NCBI GenBank assembly: GCA_016867375.1
Contig: VGJQ01000004.1
Span: 1 to 46,722 of the forward strand
Direction of reading: 5' to 3'
Source of the DNA: Candidatus Kaiserbacteria bacterium
GTDB lineage: Bacteria > Patescibacteriota > Minisyncoccia > Phycocordibacterales > UBA2100
Length of the DNA: 46,722 nt
In this document: in pieces, positions 17,455-26,501 of the stretch
How positions within the stretch are numbered: position 1 is the first letter of the stretch
Layout: every line of letters begins with the position of its first letter
Notes under the pieces: model-generated
The model's database searches: none
What the model was told of the DNA's origin: nothing
The model's input: only the letters and a program-made list of their open reading frames with translations
Made by a program: the position numbers and the translations under genes

Positions 17455-18243
17455 TTAGAATTGGTTAACGAACCTGAGGTCGGCGCTGTGCATGTGGCGG
17501 ATGTCGTCGATGCCCCAACGCAGGAGTGCGAGGCGGTCGAGGCCCATGCCGAATGCGAAGCCGGAATAGGTGTGTGGGTCGACACCGGCGTTCTTGAGGA
17601 CATTGGGGTGGACGAGCCCCGCACCCATCATCTCGATCCAGCGATTACGCAGCTTTTCGGGGACATGTTCCCCAACCAAGCGCATATCGACTTCGACGGA
17701 AGGCTCAGTAAACGGAAAGAAGCTCGGACGGAAACGTATCTCGACGGATGCATCACGGAAGATGCCGGCAAAGAACGCTTCGAGTGTACCTTTGAGATGT
17801 GCGAGCGAAATCCCCTCCCCTACGACGAGGCCCTCGATCTGGAAGAACTCCGCTTCATGTGTCATGTCAGTCGCTTCGTTGCGGAAGACTTTGCCGGGGA
17901 CAATGATGCGATATGGCGGCTGTATACCCTTTTTGATCTGCTCTTCCATGTAGCGGATTTGCACAGGGCTGGTATGCGTGCGCAAGACCTCTGTCACAGC
18001 AAGGTCCGACCTTGCTGAACTCAGCAAGGTCGGACCTTGCTGTGATGCAATGTGCGGCTTGATGAAAAAGGTGTCTTGCATGTCGCGTGCGGGGTGATCT
18101 TGCGGCACGTTGAGTGCGTCGAAATTGTGCCACTCGTCTTCAAGTAAGGGACCTTCGGCAAAGGTGAATCCCATATCGAAAAAGATCCGGTTGGCTTCGC
18201 GGATCAGCGATGAAATAGGATGAATGTGTCCCCTCTCTGGCAT
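17455..18243 (-). CDS. pheS: Phenylalanine--tRNA ligase alpha subunit (lacks N-terminal coiled coil)
   Basis: GHIHP, NFDALN, HPARDMQDTF, LRTHTS, FPFTEPS, GFAFGMGLDRL. Confidence 0.97.
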   Translation of the reverse strand: MPERGHIHPISSLIREANRIFFDMGFTFAEGPLLEDEWHNFDALNVPQDHPARDMQDTFFIKPHIASQQGPTLLSSARSDLAVTEVLRTHTSPVQIRYMEEQIKKGIQPPYRIIVPGKVFRNEATDMTHEAEFFQIEGLVVGEGISLAHLKGTLEAFFAGIFRDASVEIRFRPSFFPFTEPSVEVDMRLVGEHVPEKLRNRWIEMMGAGLVHPNVLKNAGVDPHTYSGFAFGMGLDRLALLRWGIDDIRHMHSADLRFVNQF

Positions 18244-18299
18244 AAAAGCAGTATAACGTAGCGAGTCATGGATTGAAAACGGATGGAGCGAGTTGGTAA

Positions 18300-18388
18300 G
18301 GGCTCGTCCACAAATCACATACTCGTTATTTGTGGACTACACTTATGGGTCCGTTCATTTGGTGTTGAACTTATTTATGAACGGGACC
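18300..18388 (+). mobile_element. MITE-like double-hairpin element, copy 1
   Basis: GGGCTCGTCCACA...TATGAACGGGACC flanked by TAA/TAA. Confidence 0.8.
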
Positions 18389-18474
18389 TAAGTGTTTTGC
18401 CGTCTTCGCAGCCGCGACGGCGGCGAGATTGAGCGCTGGGCCAGCAGGCCCAGATAGCGACGGCAAAACACTTA
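18389..18474. repeat. Branched hairpin with 16-bp terminal inverted repeat
   Basis: TAAGTGTTTTGCCGTC ... GACGGCAAAACACTTA enclosing two GC-rich stems. Confidence 0.7.
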
Positions 18475-18508
18475 CCCCGAGCGGAAAAGCGTGGTATTAT
18501 GTGGTGCA

Positions 18509-19759
18509 ATGTTGTGGGCTACAGGCGTCGGCATCATGTATGTCTTTCTTTTTGTCTCCCTGTATTTTCAGGTGTTTATGCTCGTGTCGTTTATCGAGGT
18601 GCGGCGGCGTCCGCGTCATCCTGATCTCATCGGCCCTGCCGGATACGCAGATGATGATGCGCTCCCATCAGTGGCGGTCATCGTACCTTGCTTCAATGAG
18701 GAATTGACGGTAGGGGCGACTATCGAATCCTTGCTCGCGCTCGATTATCCCGAGGACAAGCTCGAAATCATCATCGTCGATGACGGCTCCAAAGACGACA
18801 CACTTCTGACAGCTCAAGGTTATGAAGACGATCCACGTGTGCGCGTATTCCATAAAGACAATGGTGGTAAGCACACGGCGATGAATTATGCGCTCGCGCA
18901 CACGAATGCCGATCTGATCGGCTGTCTCGATGCGGATTCAGTCGTCTCGCCCGACGCGCTGCGCCACATTACGCCGGTCTTTGCGGATCAGCGGGTGGCT
19001 GCCGTGACGCCGGGCATCCTCATCAAGAAGCCGGAAAACGCGCTGCAGCACATGCAACACGCCGAATACAGCCTGAGCGTGTTTAATCGTTTTACACTCG
19101 CGGGGCTGGGTTCGGCATTTATCACCCCGGGGCCGTTCTCTTTTTTCCGTACGAAAGTGGTGCACGAAGCAGGCGGCTGGCGGCATGGCCACTCGACCGA
19201 AGACCTCGAGATGGCGCTGCGTATTCAGGAAATGGGTTACCTCATCGCCAATGCTCCCGCAGCAAGCGTGCACACCGGCACGCCGCGTACCGTGCGTGCA
19301 CTCATCCGCCAACGCGTCCGCTGGACGTACGGATTCTTGCGCAACGCCGTCGAATATCGACATATGTTTGGGAGTCGCGCATATGGCAATCTCGGACTGA
19401 TCATCTTGCCGATGGCGCTCGCCTCGATTGGTATCGCGATTTTCTTCTTTTTGCGGATATTATTTTACCTGGTGCAGGAGATCGAGCATTTCTTGGTGCG
19501 GTATGAGGTGGTCGGCCTCTCGATCATGCCGACATTTGATCCATTCTATGTGAATACGAGCGCTTTGTGGTTTGTCATTTATGTGGCGATCGCGCTCGTG
19601 CTTGTGCTCATTGCGCTCGGTAAAGGGCTTGGCACTGGCAAGCGCGGACTTCCGGGAGGCACCCCGCTCTTCGTCTTTTTCTATAGCTTCCTGGTCCCGG
19701 TGTGGCTGACGATGGCTGTGATACGAGCTGTATTCAAAACCGGAGTGCGCTGGCGATAA
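18509..19759 (+). CDS. Processive GT2 glycosyltransferase (PgaC/IcaA/cellulose synthase-like)
   Basis: VPCFNEE, VDDGSKD, NGGK, LDAD, TED, QRVRW and C-terminal TMs. The start could be GTG 18491. Confidence 0.9.
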   Translation: MLWATGVGIMYVFLFVSLYFQVFMLVSFIEVRRRPRHPDLIGPAGYADDDALPSVAVIVPCFNEELTVGATIESLLALDYPEDKLEIIIVDDGSKDDTLLTAQGYEDDPRVRVFHKDNGGKHTAMNYALAHTNADLIGCLDADSVVSPDALRHITPVFADQRVAAVTPGILIKKPENALQHMQHAEYSLSVFNRFTLAGLGSAFITPGPFSFFRTKVVHEAGGWRHGHSTEDLEMALRIQEMGYLIANAPAASVHTGTPRTVRALIRQRVRWTYGFLRNAVEYRHMFGSRAYGNLGLIILPMALASIGIAIFFFLRILFYLVQEIEHFLVRYEVVGLSIMPTFDPFYVNTSALWFVIYVAIALVLVLIALGKGLGTGKRGLPGGTPLFVFFYSFLVPVWLTMAVIRAVFKTGVRWR

Positions 19760-19869
19760 GGATAGCCACTGGCCACTAGGGTTTAGTCACTAGAGACTGT
19801 CCACAACAGAGCGTCGATACCAGTAATTGCTTTTGTTCACTATTGGCTATACCCTAATAACTAATCACT

Positions 19870-20643
19870 ATGGATATCGATACTCAAGACCCGATCATCG
19901 CCGCGCGCAGTGCTCAGTGGAGCACGTATCTCATCGCATTTCTCATTACGTCATTCATTTTTGCTACCGCGTTTCTGGCGAGTAGCTATTTCAATAGCCG
20001 CCGCGTCGCCGACGTGCGCACCACCCAGGACGACATATCGACAGACATCCTTTCGCTCGAGACGCAATTTGATCTTCTCCAGGAATATTCATGCGCAAAC
20101 GTGGCTGAAAATACAATCCTCCCTTCCGCGCTGCAGACCTTGGCAAATCGCCTCGCATACCTCGAAGGTCAGCGCGCGAGCAATACCGATGAGGTCGTGC
20201 GCCTAAAGCGCCTCTACTCGCTCCTCGAGATCAAGGATTATCTCCTGATGAAGCGGATTGCCGCGAAGTGTGGTCTGAAGCCAGTCTTTATCCTCTACTT
20301 CTACTCCAATGAGGGTGATTGTCCGGACTGCGAAAAGCAGGGATACGCACTCACGGCGCTTGCACAGACGTACCCGCAGCTGCGCATCTATTCCTTCGAC
20401 TACCATCTCGGTGTCTCTGCTTTGCAGACGCTTATCGCGATCGCCGATGTCGAGGGTGAACTACCAGCGCTCTATATGAATGGTCAGACCCACTACGGAT
20501 TCAAAGATGTCGAAGATATCGAAAAGATCCTCCCGCAGCTCAAGACGCTCGAAAAGAGCGCGACTTCGACTCCGGCGACCCGTTCGACCCCCTCGACAAG
20601 TTCGGGGCGAGCAAGCTCAGGGCAAGCAACGAAGAAGAAGTGA
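19870..20643 (+). CDS. Membrane-anchored thioredoxin-like (CxxC) protein
   Basis: TM helix, helical region, ILYFYSNEGDCPDCEKQG, IYSFD, ELPAL. Confidence 0.7.
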   Translation: MDIDTQDPIIAARSAQWSTYLIAFLITSFIFATAFLASSYFNSRRVADVRTTQDDISTDILSLETQFDLLQEYSCANVAENTILPSALQTLANRLAYLEGQRASNTDEVVRLKRLYSLLEIKDYLLMKRIAAKCGLKPVFILYFYSNEGDCPDCEKQGYALTALAQTYPQLRIYSFDYHLGVSALQTLIAIADVEGELPALYMNGQTHYGFKDVEDIEKILPQLKTLEKSATSTPATRSTPSTSSGRASSGQATKKK

Positions 20644-20671
20644 TACCATCCCCAACTAACCTACCAATGGT

Positions 20672-20749
20672 GTCTTTGCGAGCGAAGCGAAGCAATCTAG
20701 GGTAAGTGGTAGCACTCTGGATTGCTTCGGCCAAAGGCCTCGCAAAGAC
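20672..20749. repeat. Palindromic element GTCTTTGCGAG...GAAGCAATC / GATTGCTTCG...CTCGCAAAGAC
   Basis: Nested inverted repeats in the intergenic region. Confidence 0.75.
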
Positions 20750-20832
20750 GGCAAAGACGGAATTTCCCATTGACGGACGATTAATGAGAGATGGTATTAG
20801 GAAGCTATAAATCTGGATAAGATGGATAAGAT

Positions 20833-20884
20833 TAATCCGTAAGGCGTCGCCTCACGGATTAGTAAGGCGTCGCCTTACGGATTA
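20833..20884. repeat. Tandem palindrome GTAAGGCGTCGCCTTAC (second locus at 38099)
   Basis: Two adjacent copies here; a related copy at 38099-38137. Confidence 0.8.
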
Positions 20885-20976
20885 CGCCTTTTAAAATTAC
20901 ACCAAAAACACAAAAGGCCAAGCGAGACCCGGTTTCTATATTAAGGACTCCTCGTCGATATATATTAAAGATTTTG

Positions 20977-21049
20977 AGCCGCCTCGCGGATTTGAACCGC
21001 GGACCTACTCATTACAAGTGAGTTGCTCTACCGACTGAGCTAAGGCGGC
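20977..21049 (-). tRNA. tRNA-Thr(UGU), CCA not encoded
   Basis: GCCGCCTTAGCTCAGTCGGTAGAGC, anticodon arm ACTCA-CTTGTAA-TGAGT, T-loop GTTCAAATCC. Confidence 0.97.
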
Positions 21050-21074
21050 TTCGGTATTGAGTATTGTGCCTCGG

Positions 21075-21707
21075 TCAGGTTTCTTTTTCAACCTTTCTCG
21101 ATCGGCTCGTTTTCTTGAACGATTTTTTTGCGGTCCCCTTGCGCTGCTCTGTGCCCAATACTTTTTTCATTTGAGAGCCGAGGGTAACGGGGTCGTGGGT
21201 TGTCGCAGGAGCTTCGATGATGTGGATTGGCTCGGATTCCTCTATGTCTCGCGTCTCCATCGGTGTGGCCGACATGTGGATGGCGGGATGATCATGTGTC
21301 GGCGAGGGTGATGCAGTGAAGGGAGTCGGTGCGGCATAGGACGTATTGCCTGCCACTTGCTTGAGGAATGTTGATCGGGGTGCTTGGCGTTCGAAGCGAT
21401 GTTTGTATGAGACAAAATCCGCGAGACGGTGCGCCTGTACGCCGGAAAAATGCGCGGCCCGTGCAAATCCGAGTGCGCCCTCGTGTATGAGGTAGCGGCT
21501 CAAGAGCCCCAAAAGCGGGACGATCTTGGCGGCTTCTTCGCGGCTGTTCATGAGGGAGGATTTGAGGCGAAGCGCTTTTTGGTCGGCTTTCTGGCGTAGG
21601 TTGGGTGCAAGTTCCAGGCCGCGTCGGATTTCCCATGCTTTGAATGCAAATAGGAATACGATACCGGCGAGTGAAAACGCGAAAATGATGGTGGCAAAAA
21701 CACCCAT
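21075..21707 (-). CDS. Hypothetical membrane protein
   Basis: N-terminal TM helix; 6 nt downstream of tsf. Confidence 0.75.
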   Translation of the reverse strand: MGVFATIIFAFSLAGIVFLFAFKAWEIRRGLELAPNLRQKADQKALRLKSSLMNSREEAAKIVPLLGLLSRYLIHEGALGFARAAHFSGVQAHRLADFVSYKHRFERQAPRSTFLKQVAGNTSYAAPTPFTASPSPTHDHPAIHMSATPMETRDIEESEPIHIIEAPATTHDPVTLGSQMKKVLGTEQRKGTAKKSFKKTSRSRKVEKET

Positions 21708-21713
21708 ACGCGA

Positions 21714-22295
21714 TTAGCGGACAGAGAGTCGTTCGAAGCGGACGAGCTCCACTTTCTCGCCGAATTTCTGGATGGCCTGATTGATCATCTCTGCGACGGT
21801 GATCGAGGGATCTTTGACAAATGGCTGTTCGAGGAGGACTTTGTCGCGCAGATAGCTGTCGATCTTGCCTTGGATCACTTGTTCGCGCTTGTCGGCAGGG
21901 ACTTTCGCGGCCTCTTCTTCAAACACGGACTTTGCGGCGGCGATGTCGGATTCTTGCACTTCTTCGCGGGATTTGAACTGAGGATTCATCGCGGCCACAT
22001 GCATGGCAATATCGTAAGCGAGCTTGCTGAATGCCTCATTTTTGGAGACGAAGTCCGTCTCGCTCGCGAGTACGACAGCGCCGACGACAGCGCCGCCAGC
22101 GTGGGTGTATGCGGCAGCGACTCCGGCACCGAGCGTGCGATCGGCCTTTTTGGCGGCTGCGCTCGCGCTGATTTTGCGGAGGATGACTTTCGCTTTTTCG
22201 ATATCGCCTCCGGCTTCTTCGAGTGCTTTCTTGCACTGCATGACCGAGACGCTCGTCTCATCTCGTAACTTTTTGATTTCTTCGGTTGTTACCAT
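21714..22295 (-). CDS. tsf: Elongation factor Ts (short form)
   Basis: IKKLRDETSVSVMQCKKAL, SETDFV, IAMHVAAMNP, LLEQPFVKD. Confidence 0.97.
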   Translation of the reverse strand: MVTTEEIKKLRDETSVSVMQCKKALEEAGGDIEKAKVILRKISASAAAKKADRTLGAGVAAAYTHAGGAVVGAVVLASETDFVSKNEAFSKLAYDIAMHVAAMNPQFKSREEVQESDIAAAKSVFEEEAAKVPADKREQVIQGKIDSYLRDKVLLEQPFVKDPSITVAEMINQAIQKFGEKVELVRFERLSVR

Positions 22296-22345
22296 AAGGA
22301 AAGTTTGTAGTTATTAGTTTTAAGTTTACAGTAAAAAATCCCTAA

Positions 22346-22428
22346 GGGCTCGTCCACAAATTAACGTACCCGTTATGTGTGGACTACACTTATGGGCCCG
22401 TTCATTAGTGAGCCTCATGAACGAGACC
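22346..22428 (+). mobile_element. MITE-like double-hairpin element, copy 2
   Basis: Same termini as copy 1, TAA/TAA flanks, between rpsB and tsf. Confidence 0.8.
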
Positions 22429-22489
22429 TAAAGATATATTCTCAACTGCGGCTGTAATTATACTACAGTCCGCTCGTAATTTCTAATTT

Positions 22490-23206
22490 TTAGGCGGTCG
22501 CCTTGGGGGTGGACTTGGAGGCGGCAGGTGCGCGTTTGCCTTCGGCGTAGCCTTCAGCAATCGCCTCGACGACGAGGCGCACGCTGCGGATCGAGGTGTC
22601 GTTGCCGGGGACTGGATAGGTGATGAGAGAAAAATCACAGTCAGAGCTCGCAAGACCGATGACCGGGATGCCGAGCTGGACGGCTTCCTGCACGGCGGTC
22701 GATTCATGGCGAGTGTCGACGACAAACAATGCAGCTGGAAGATCAGTCATCTTGGTGAGGCCGCCGAAGCGTCCGGCGAGCTCATTGATCTCGCGATCGA
22801 TGAGAAGGCGCTCCTTCTTGGTGTATTTTTCGAGCTCGCCCTTTTCGCGCTCTTCGGTGAGCTTTTCAAGGCGGTCGATGCGCTTGCGGATGCCTTTGAA
22901 ATTGGTCAGGGTGCCTCCGATCCAGCGGCCTGCCACGAATGGCATGCCGATAGCCTCGGCGCTGGAGCGCACGATGGAAAGGACTTCGTGCTTGCCACCG
23001 ACAAAGAGGATCTGCTTGCCACCCGCGGCGAGTGCCGAGGCAAATGCTATGGCTGCCGCGAGGCGCTTGCCGGTCTCTTCGAGGTCGAAGATATCGGTGC
23101 GGTCCTTGGTGCCAAAAAGGTAGGGGGCGGCAGAGGGGTGGCGGCGCGTGCGGGCATAGCCGAAGTGCGCACCAGCTTCAAAAAGGGTCTGAATATCGTT
23201 TGACAT
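22490..23206 (-). CDS. rpsB: 30S ribosomal protein S2
   Basis: [22 protein letters not shown]; upstream of tsf. Confidence 0.97.
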   Translation of the reverse strand: MSNDIQTLFEAGAHFGYARTRRHPSAAPYLFGTKDRTDIFDLEETGKRLAAAIAFASALAAGGKQILFVGGKHEVLSIVRSSAEAIGMPFVAGRWIGGTLTNFKGIRKRIDRLEKLTEEREKGELEKYTKKERLLIDREINELAGRFGGLTKMTDLPAALFVVDTRHESTAVQEAVQLGIPVIGLASSDCDFSLITYPVPGNDTSIRSVRLVVEAIAEGYAEGKRAPAASKSTPKATA

Positions 23207-23275
23207 ATTGAGTGGTGGAATAGTAGCAGAAAGGACGGGAATGCGCAATAGATTAGCATGATTAGCATGCAAAAC

Positions 23276-23301
23276 AAAAAGGCCCGCGTAGCGGGCCTTT
23301 T
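23276..23301 (-). terminator. Intrinsic terminator
   Basis: AAAAGGCCCGC/GCGGGCCTTTT. Confidence 0.7.
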
Positions 23302-23305
23302 AGGC

Positions 23306-24091
23306 TTAGTGCCGGGAGGGATTAGCCGGCGAGTTCTTCTCGCTTTTTCCCTTTCCCCCTCCTGCGCTCCCAGGCGCCTTGATCCTATGATTCCAGACCT
23401 CGGGCCAAAGGGCATCGAGTTTGGCGAGGACTTTTTTCATGTCCAGGAAAAATTTCGCAGCCTCATGGGCGCGTTTGGTGTCGCCATCTCTTACTCCCAG
23501 TATAAGATCGTTGATGCCGGCGCGTCGGAGGCCGTGTACCTCCAATTCACCACAATGGAGATAGCGATCGCTGATGCGACGCGCGGTCTCCGCGAAGATA
23601 TCGTGGAGGATGAGCACCAACATCTGTCGCGGGTGTCGCTCGTAGTCATACTCCGAGAACATCCGCAGCTTTTCCTTATCCGTGCGGAAATGATCGAGGA
23701 TTACCTCGAGCACATGCTCGGCTCTCGGAATTCGTCGCATTCGCTTCAGCTCTTCTTTTTCGCGATATGTATCCCAGGCGTGCTGGGCCTGCCATCGCGC
23801 CTTGGACTTCGTCTCCTTGATCGCCCCGAGAATCTCGTTTCTCGAGATCCCGAATGCGTCTTGGAGGACGCCGTCATCGCGCACGATATTATTCTCGAGC
23901 GCCACGGTGATGAGGATTCCTCGAGCCTGGCGAGCCTTCTTCGAGAGCTTCGCTGCGAACAGATCGCTTGCCGAAAAAGGCTTTTCAAAAGCCAATATTT
24001 CTGCGAGCTTCCGGAGAGGTAGAGGTAGGTGCCTCTCGGGTAGATGTTCCTGTCCGATCATTTTTTTCAATTCCTTTCGATACACCGCCAA
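23306..24091 (-). CDS. Hypothetical basic helical protein (start uncertain)
   Basis: Long ORF bounded by an upstream TTGACT-17-TATCAT promoter and a downstream terminator. Confidence 0.6.
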   Translation of the reverse strand: MAVYRKELKKMIGQEHLPERHLPLPLRKLAEILAFEKPFSASDLFAAKLSKKARQARGILITVALENNIVRDDGVLQDAFGISRNEILGAIKETKSKARWQAQHAWDTYREKEELKRMRRIPRAEHVLEVILDHFRTDKEKLRMFSEYDYERHPRQMLVLILHDIFAETARRISDRYLHCGELEVHGLRRAGINDLILGVRDGDTKRAHEAAKFFLDMKKVLAKLDALWPEVWNHRIKAPGSAGGGKGKSEKNSPANPSRH

Positions 24092-24196
24092 CAGCAGCGG
24101 TGTTTCTGGGGCGTATGATACATTGTAAATATAAAAAAGTCAATACCCGCCGTTGTATGTCTGTCCCATCATCATAAAAAGCATGTCCGTCCCTAA

Positions 24197-24285
24197 GGGC
24201 TCGTCCACATATAACGTACCCGTTATTTGTGGACTACACTTATGGGCCCGTTCATTTTGGGTTGAACGTATGTATGAACGGGACC
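24197..24285 (+). mobile_element. MITE-like double-hairpin element, copy 3, inserted into the loop of a hairpin
   Basis: Flanks CATGTCCGTCCC-TAA [element] TAA-GGGGCGGACATG. Confidence 0.85.
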
Positions 24286-24326
24286 TAAGGGGCGGACATG
24301 TGTATATTTCTATCTGCTCGATCCTA

Positions 24327-24758
24327 TCACCATGAGCGAACAGGGTCTTTTCGCGCGAAAGGGGCGAGGACGCAGATACCGACGATGAGTCCTACGGTAT
24401 TACTTATCAGGTCCCACTCGGTGTCATAACGGTCGAATGTATACCGTGGATCGGTGATACCGAGCAAGAATTCGCCACATTCGTTGATCAGTCCGAGGAT
24501 GGACACTGTACATGTGGCGAGGGCGGCAAACCGCGGGACGCCGAGTCGAGGAGCACCCTCGCGCAGTGCACAGAAGCAGGCGAGTGTGACAGCGAGTCCC
24601 CCACCTACCACATGTCGTGCGCGGTCAGCCCACCAGGGGTCTGGTAGATACACACCGAGCGCATACCCGATGATGCATGTGGTCGTGATGATGAGTACAG
24701 ACCCAAAGGCGCGCGCATCGATACTGATAGAGCGCGTGAGATTGAAGAATCGTGGCAT
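24327..24758 (-). CDS. DUF2238/VanZ-like membrane protein
   Basis: WWADRARHVVGG, GLINECGEF, DTEWDLISNTVG pattern; multiple TMs. Confidence 0.65.
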   Translation of the reverse strand: MPRFFNLTRSISIDARAFGSVLIITTTCIIGYALGVYLPDPWWADRARHVVGGGLAVTLACFCALREGAPRLGVPRFAALATCTVSILGLINECGEFLLGITDPRYTFDRYDTEWDLISNTVGLIVGICVLAPFARKDPVRSW

Positions 24759-24911
24759 GAAGAGTCGCAGTAGGATATATGCAGTACAGATACCGATCGT
24801 CCGCAGGATGTCGACACACATTCCCCACCTCGTGAGCTTAATGTCCTATATAGAAATGAAGCATGAAAATCCGGCCGAATCAACCGGATCACATATGGCG
24901 GTGACAAGCTG

Positions 24912-25913
24912 CTACTCGTCTTCTGCGTCGTCTCCCGTTTGGATGGCATCGGGATTGGCGTCGGCTGCGGCGAGGGCTTCGAGGACGGGCTCGAGGCGGC
25001 CGCTCATGATGCCCGGGATATTAGACCAGGATTGCTTGATACGGTGGTCGGTGATGCGGTCCTGGGGGAAATTGTAGGTGCGGATCTTTTCGCTGCGATC
25101 GGCGGTGCCCACTTGCTGCTTGCGGTCCGCGGCGCGCTTGCGGGCGTCTTCCTCATCCTTCATCTGTTGGAGGCGGCTCATGAGGAGTGTCATGGCCTTC
25201 TCGCGATTTTGCTGCTGGCTGCGCTCGGAGGTGCAGCGGACGTCGATACCGGTCGGCTTGTGGATGAGGCGTACCGCTGTCTCTACCTTGTTGACATTTT
25301 GCCCCCCTGCCCCGCCCGAGCGGGAGAATTCGATGTCGATGTCGCCGGGATTTACTTCGATCTTGGTGCGTTTGTAGATCGGGAGGATGGCGACGGATGC
25401 GGTCGATGTGTGGATGCGTCCTTGCTTTTCGGTCGCCGGTACGCGCTGGACGCGATGCACGCCGGTCTCCCACTGGAGGATGCGGTAGCAGTCAGCGCCC
25501 TTGATTTCAAACTGCGCTTCTTTGTAGCCGCCCACGGCACCGCGGGATTCATCGAGCGCATGCCACTTCCATCCGCGCACTTCGGCGAAGCGTAGGTACA
25601 TGCTCGCGAGCTCCTCGGCAAAGAGTGATGCCTCATCGCCGCCGACGCCCGCACGGATTTCAAGGACGATTTCGTTGGGCCATTCGCGCTCCTCATCTGC
25701 ACCGACGATTGTGGCGATCTGCTCCATGAGTGCGTCTTTTTGTGCCGCGATCTCCTCGATCTCCTTTTCGGCGAGCTCTGCCATCGCAGGGTCGAGCTCG
25801 GTCAGGTCTTGGGCATCGCGCTCGGCTTGTGTGAGGCGCTTCCATTCTTGCACGAGGTACGAGACGCGGTGGTCATCGGCATAGTCGATGGGGTTTATTT
25901 TCTCTTCGGACAT
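24912..25913 (-). CDS. prfA: Peptide chain release factor 1
   Basis: [23 protein letters not shown] (PxT motif), [26 protein letters not shown]. Confidence 0.96.
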   Translation of the reverse strand: MSEEKINPIDYADDHRVSYLVQEWKRLTQAERDAQDLTELDPAMAELAEKEIEEIAAQKDALMEQIATIVGADEEREWPNEIVLEIRAGVGGDEASLFAEELASMYLRFAEVRGWKWHALDESRGAVGGYKEAQFEIKGADCYRILQWETGVHRVQRVPATEKQGRIHTSTASVAILPIYKRTKIEVNPGDIDIEFSRSGGAGGQNVNKVETAVRLIHKPTGIDVRCTSERSQQQNREKAMTLLMSRLQQMKDEEDARKRAADRKQQVGTADRSEKIRTYNFPQDRITDHRIKQSWSNIPGIMSGRLEPVLEALAAADANPDAIQTGDDAEDE

Positions 25914-26032
25914 ATCGTAATTCTAAAGCATTTAATTAAAATACGCTCGTGATGAGTGATTAGCCACTCGTGTTTGGCCACTAGTGGAATACGGGGAGGA
26001 AATTCTAGTCGCCAGTGGCTAGGCCCTAGTGG

Positions 26033-26293
26033 CTACCTCTGCTTCTTTGCGGCGGCGGCGCGCTTTTTGAATTTGTCGACGCGGCCGGCGGTGTCGATGG
26101 TCTTGGACTGACCGGTGTAGAAAGGGTGCGATGCGCTCGAGATTTCCACCTGGTAGAGAGGATAGTCCTTGCCATCCGGACCCTTGCCGGTCTTAGTGGT
26201 CTTGATGGTAGAACCGATCAAAAAGCTCTTGCCCGAGGTAGAATCCTCGAACAATACGGTACGATACTCTGCGGGGTGCAAATCCTTTTTCAT
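26033..26293 (-). CDS. rpmE: 50S ribosomal protein L31 type B (Zn-free)
   Basis: [25 protein letters not shown]; no Cys. Confidence 0.96.
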   Translation of the reverse strand: MKKDLHPAEYRTVLFEDSTSGKSFLIGSTIKTTKTGKGPDGKDYPLYQVEISSASHPFYTGQSKTIDTAGRVDKFKKRAAAAKKQR

Positions 26294-26344
26294 GTGGCGA
26301 GATCATATCACACATAGGCCTGGTTCTGCAAGTATCACCAGTAG

Positions 26345-26434
26345 GGGCTCGTCCACATATACCGTACCCGTTATGTGTGGATTACGCTTATGGGCTCGTT
26401 TATTTATGTAATGAAGTTGTGTATGAACGGGCCC
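26345..26434 (+). mobile_element. MITE-like double-hairpin element, copy 4
   Basis: Same termini, TAG/TAA flanks. Confidence 0.8.
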
Positions 26435-26501
26435 TAAAGACAGGCGCTGTCATTCTGATACACGTACCTGTAGGCGACTTACCACCTTTTTGAAACGAAG
26501 A

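Noticed and set aside
18244-18318. N-terminal extension of PheS, or a T-box leader
   Set aside because: The extension starts inside the MITE, a -10 box sits 6 nt before ATG 18243, and no T-box consensus was found.
23258-24022. 254-aa plus-strand ORF
   Set aside because: Antisense shadow of 23306-24091, which has the promoter and terminator context.
18300-26434. CRISPR array interpretation of the recurring ~89-bp repeat
   Set aside because: Copies are kilobases apart with genes between them; there are no regular spacers and no cas genes.
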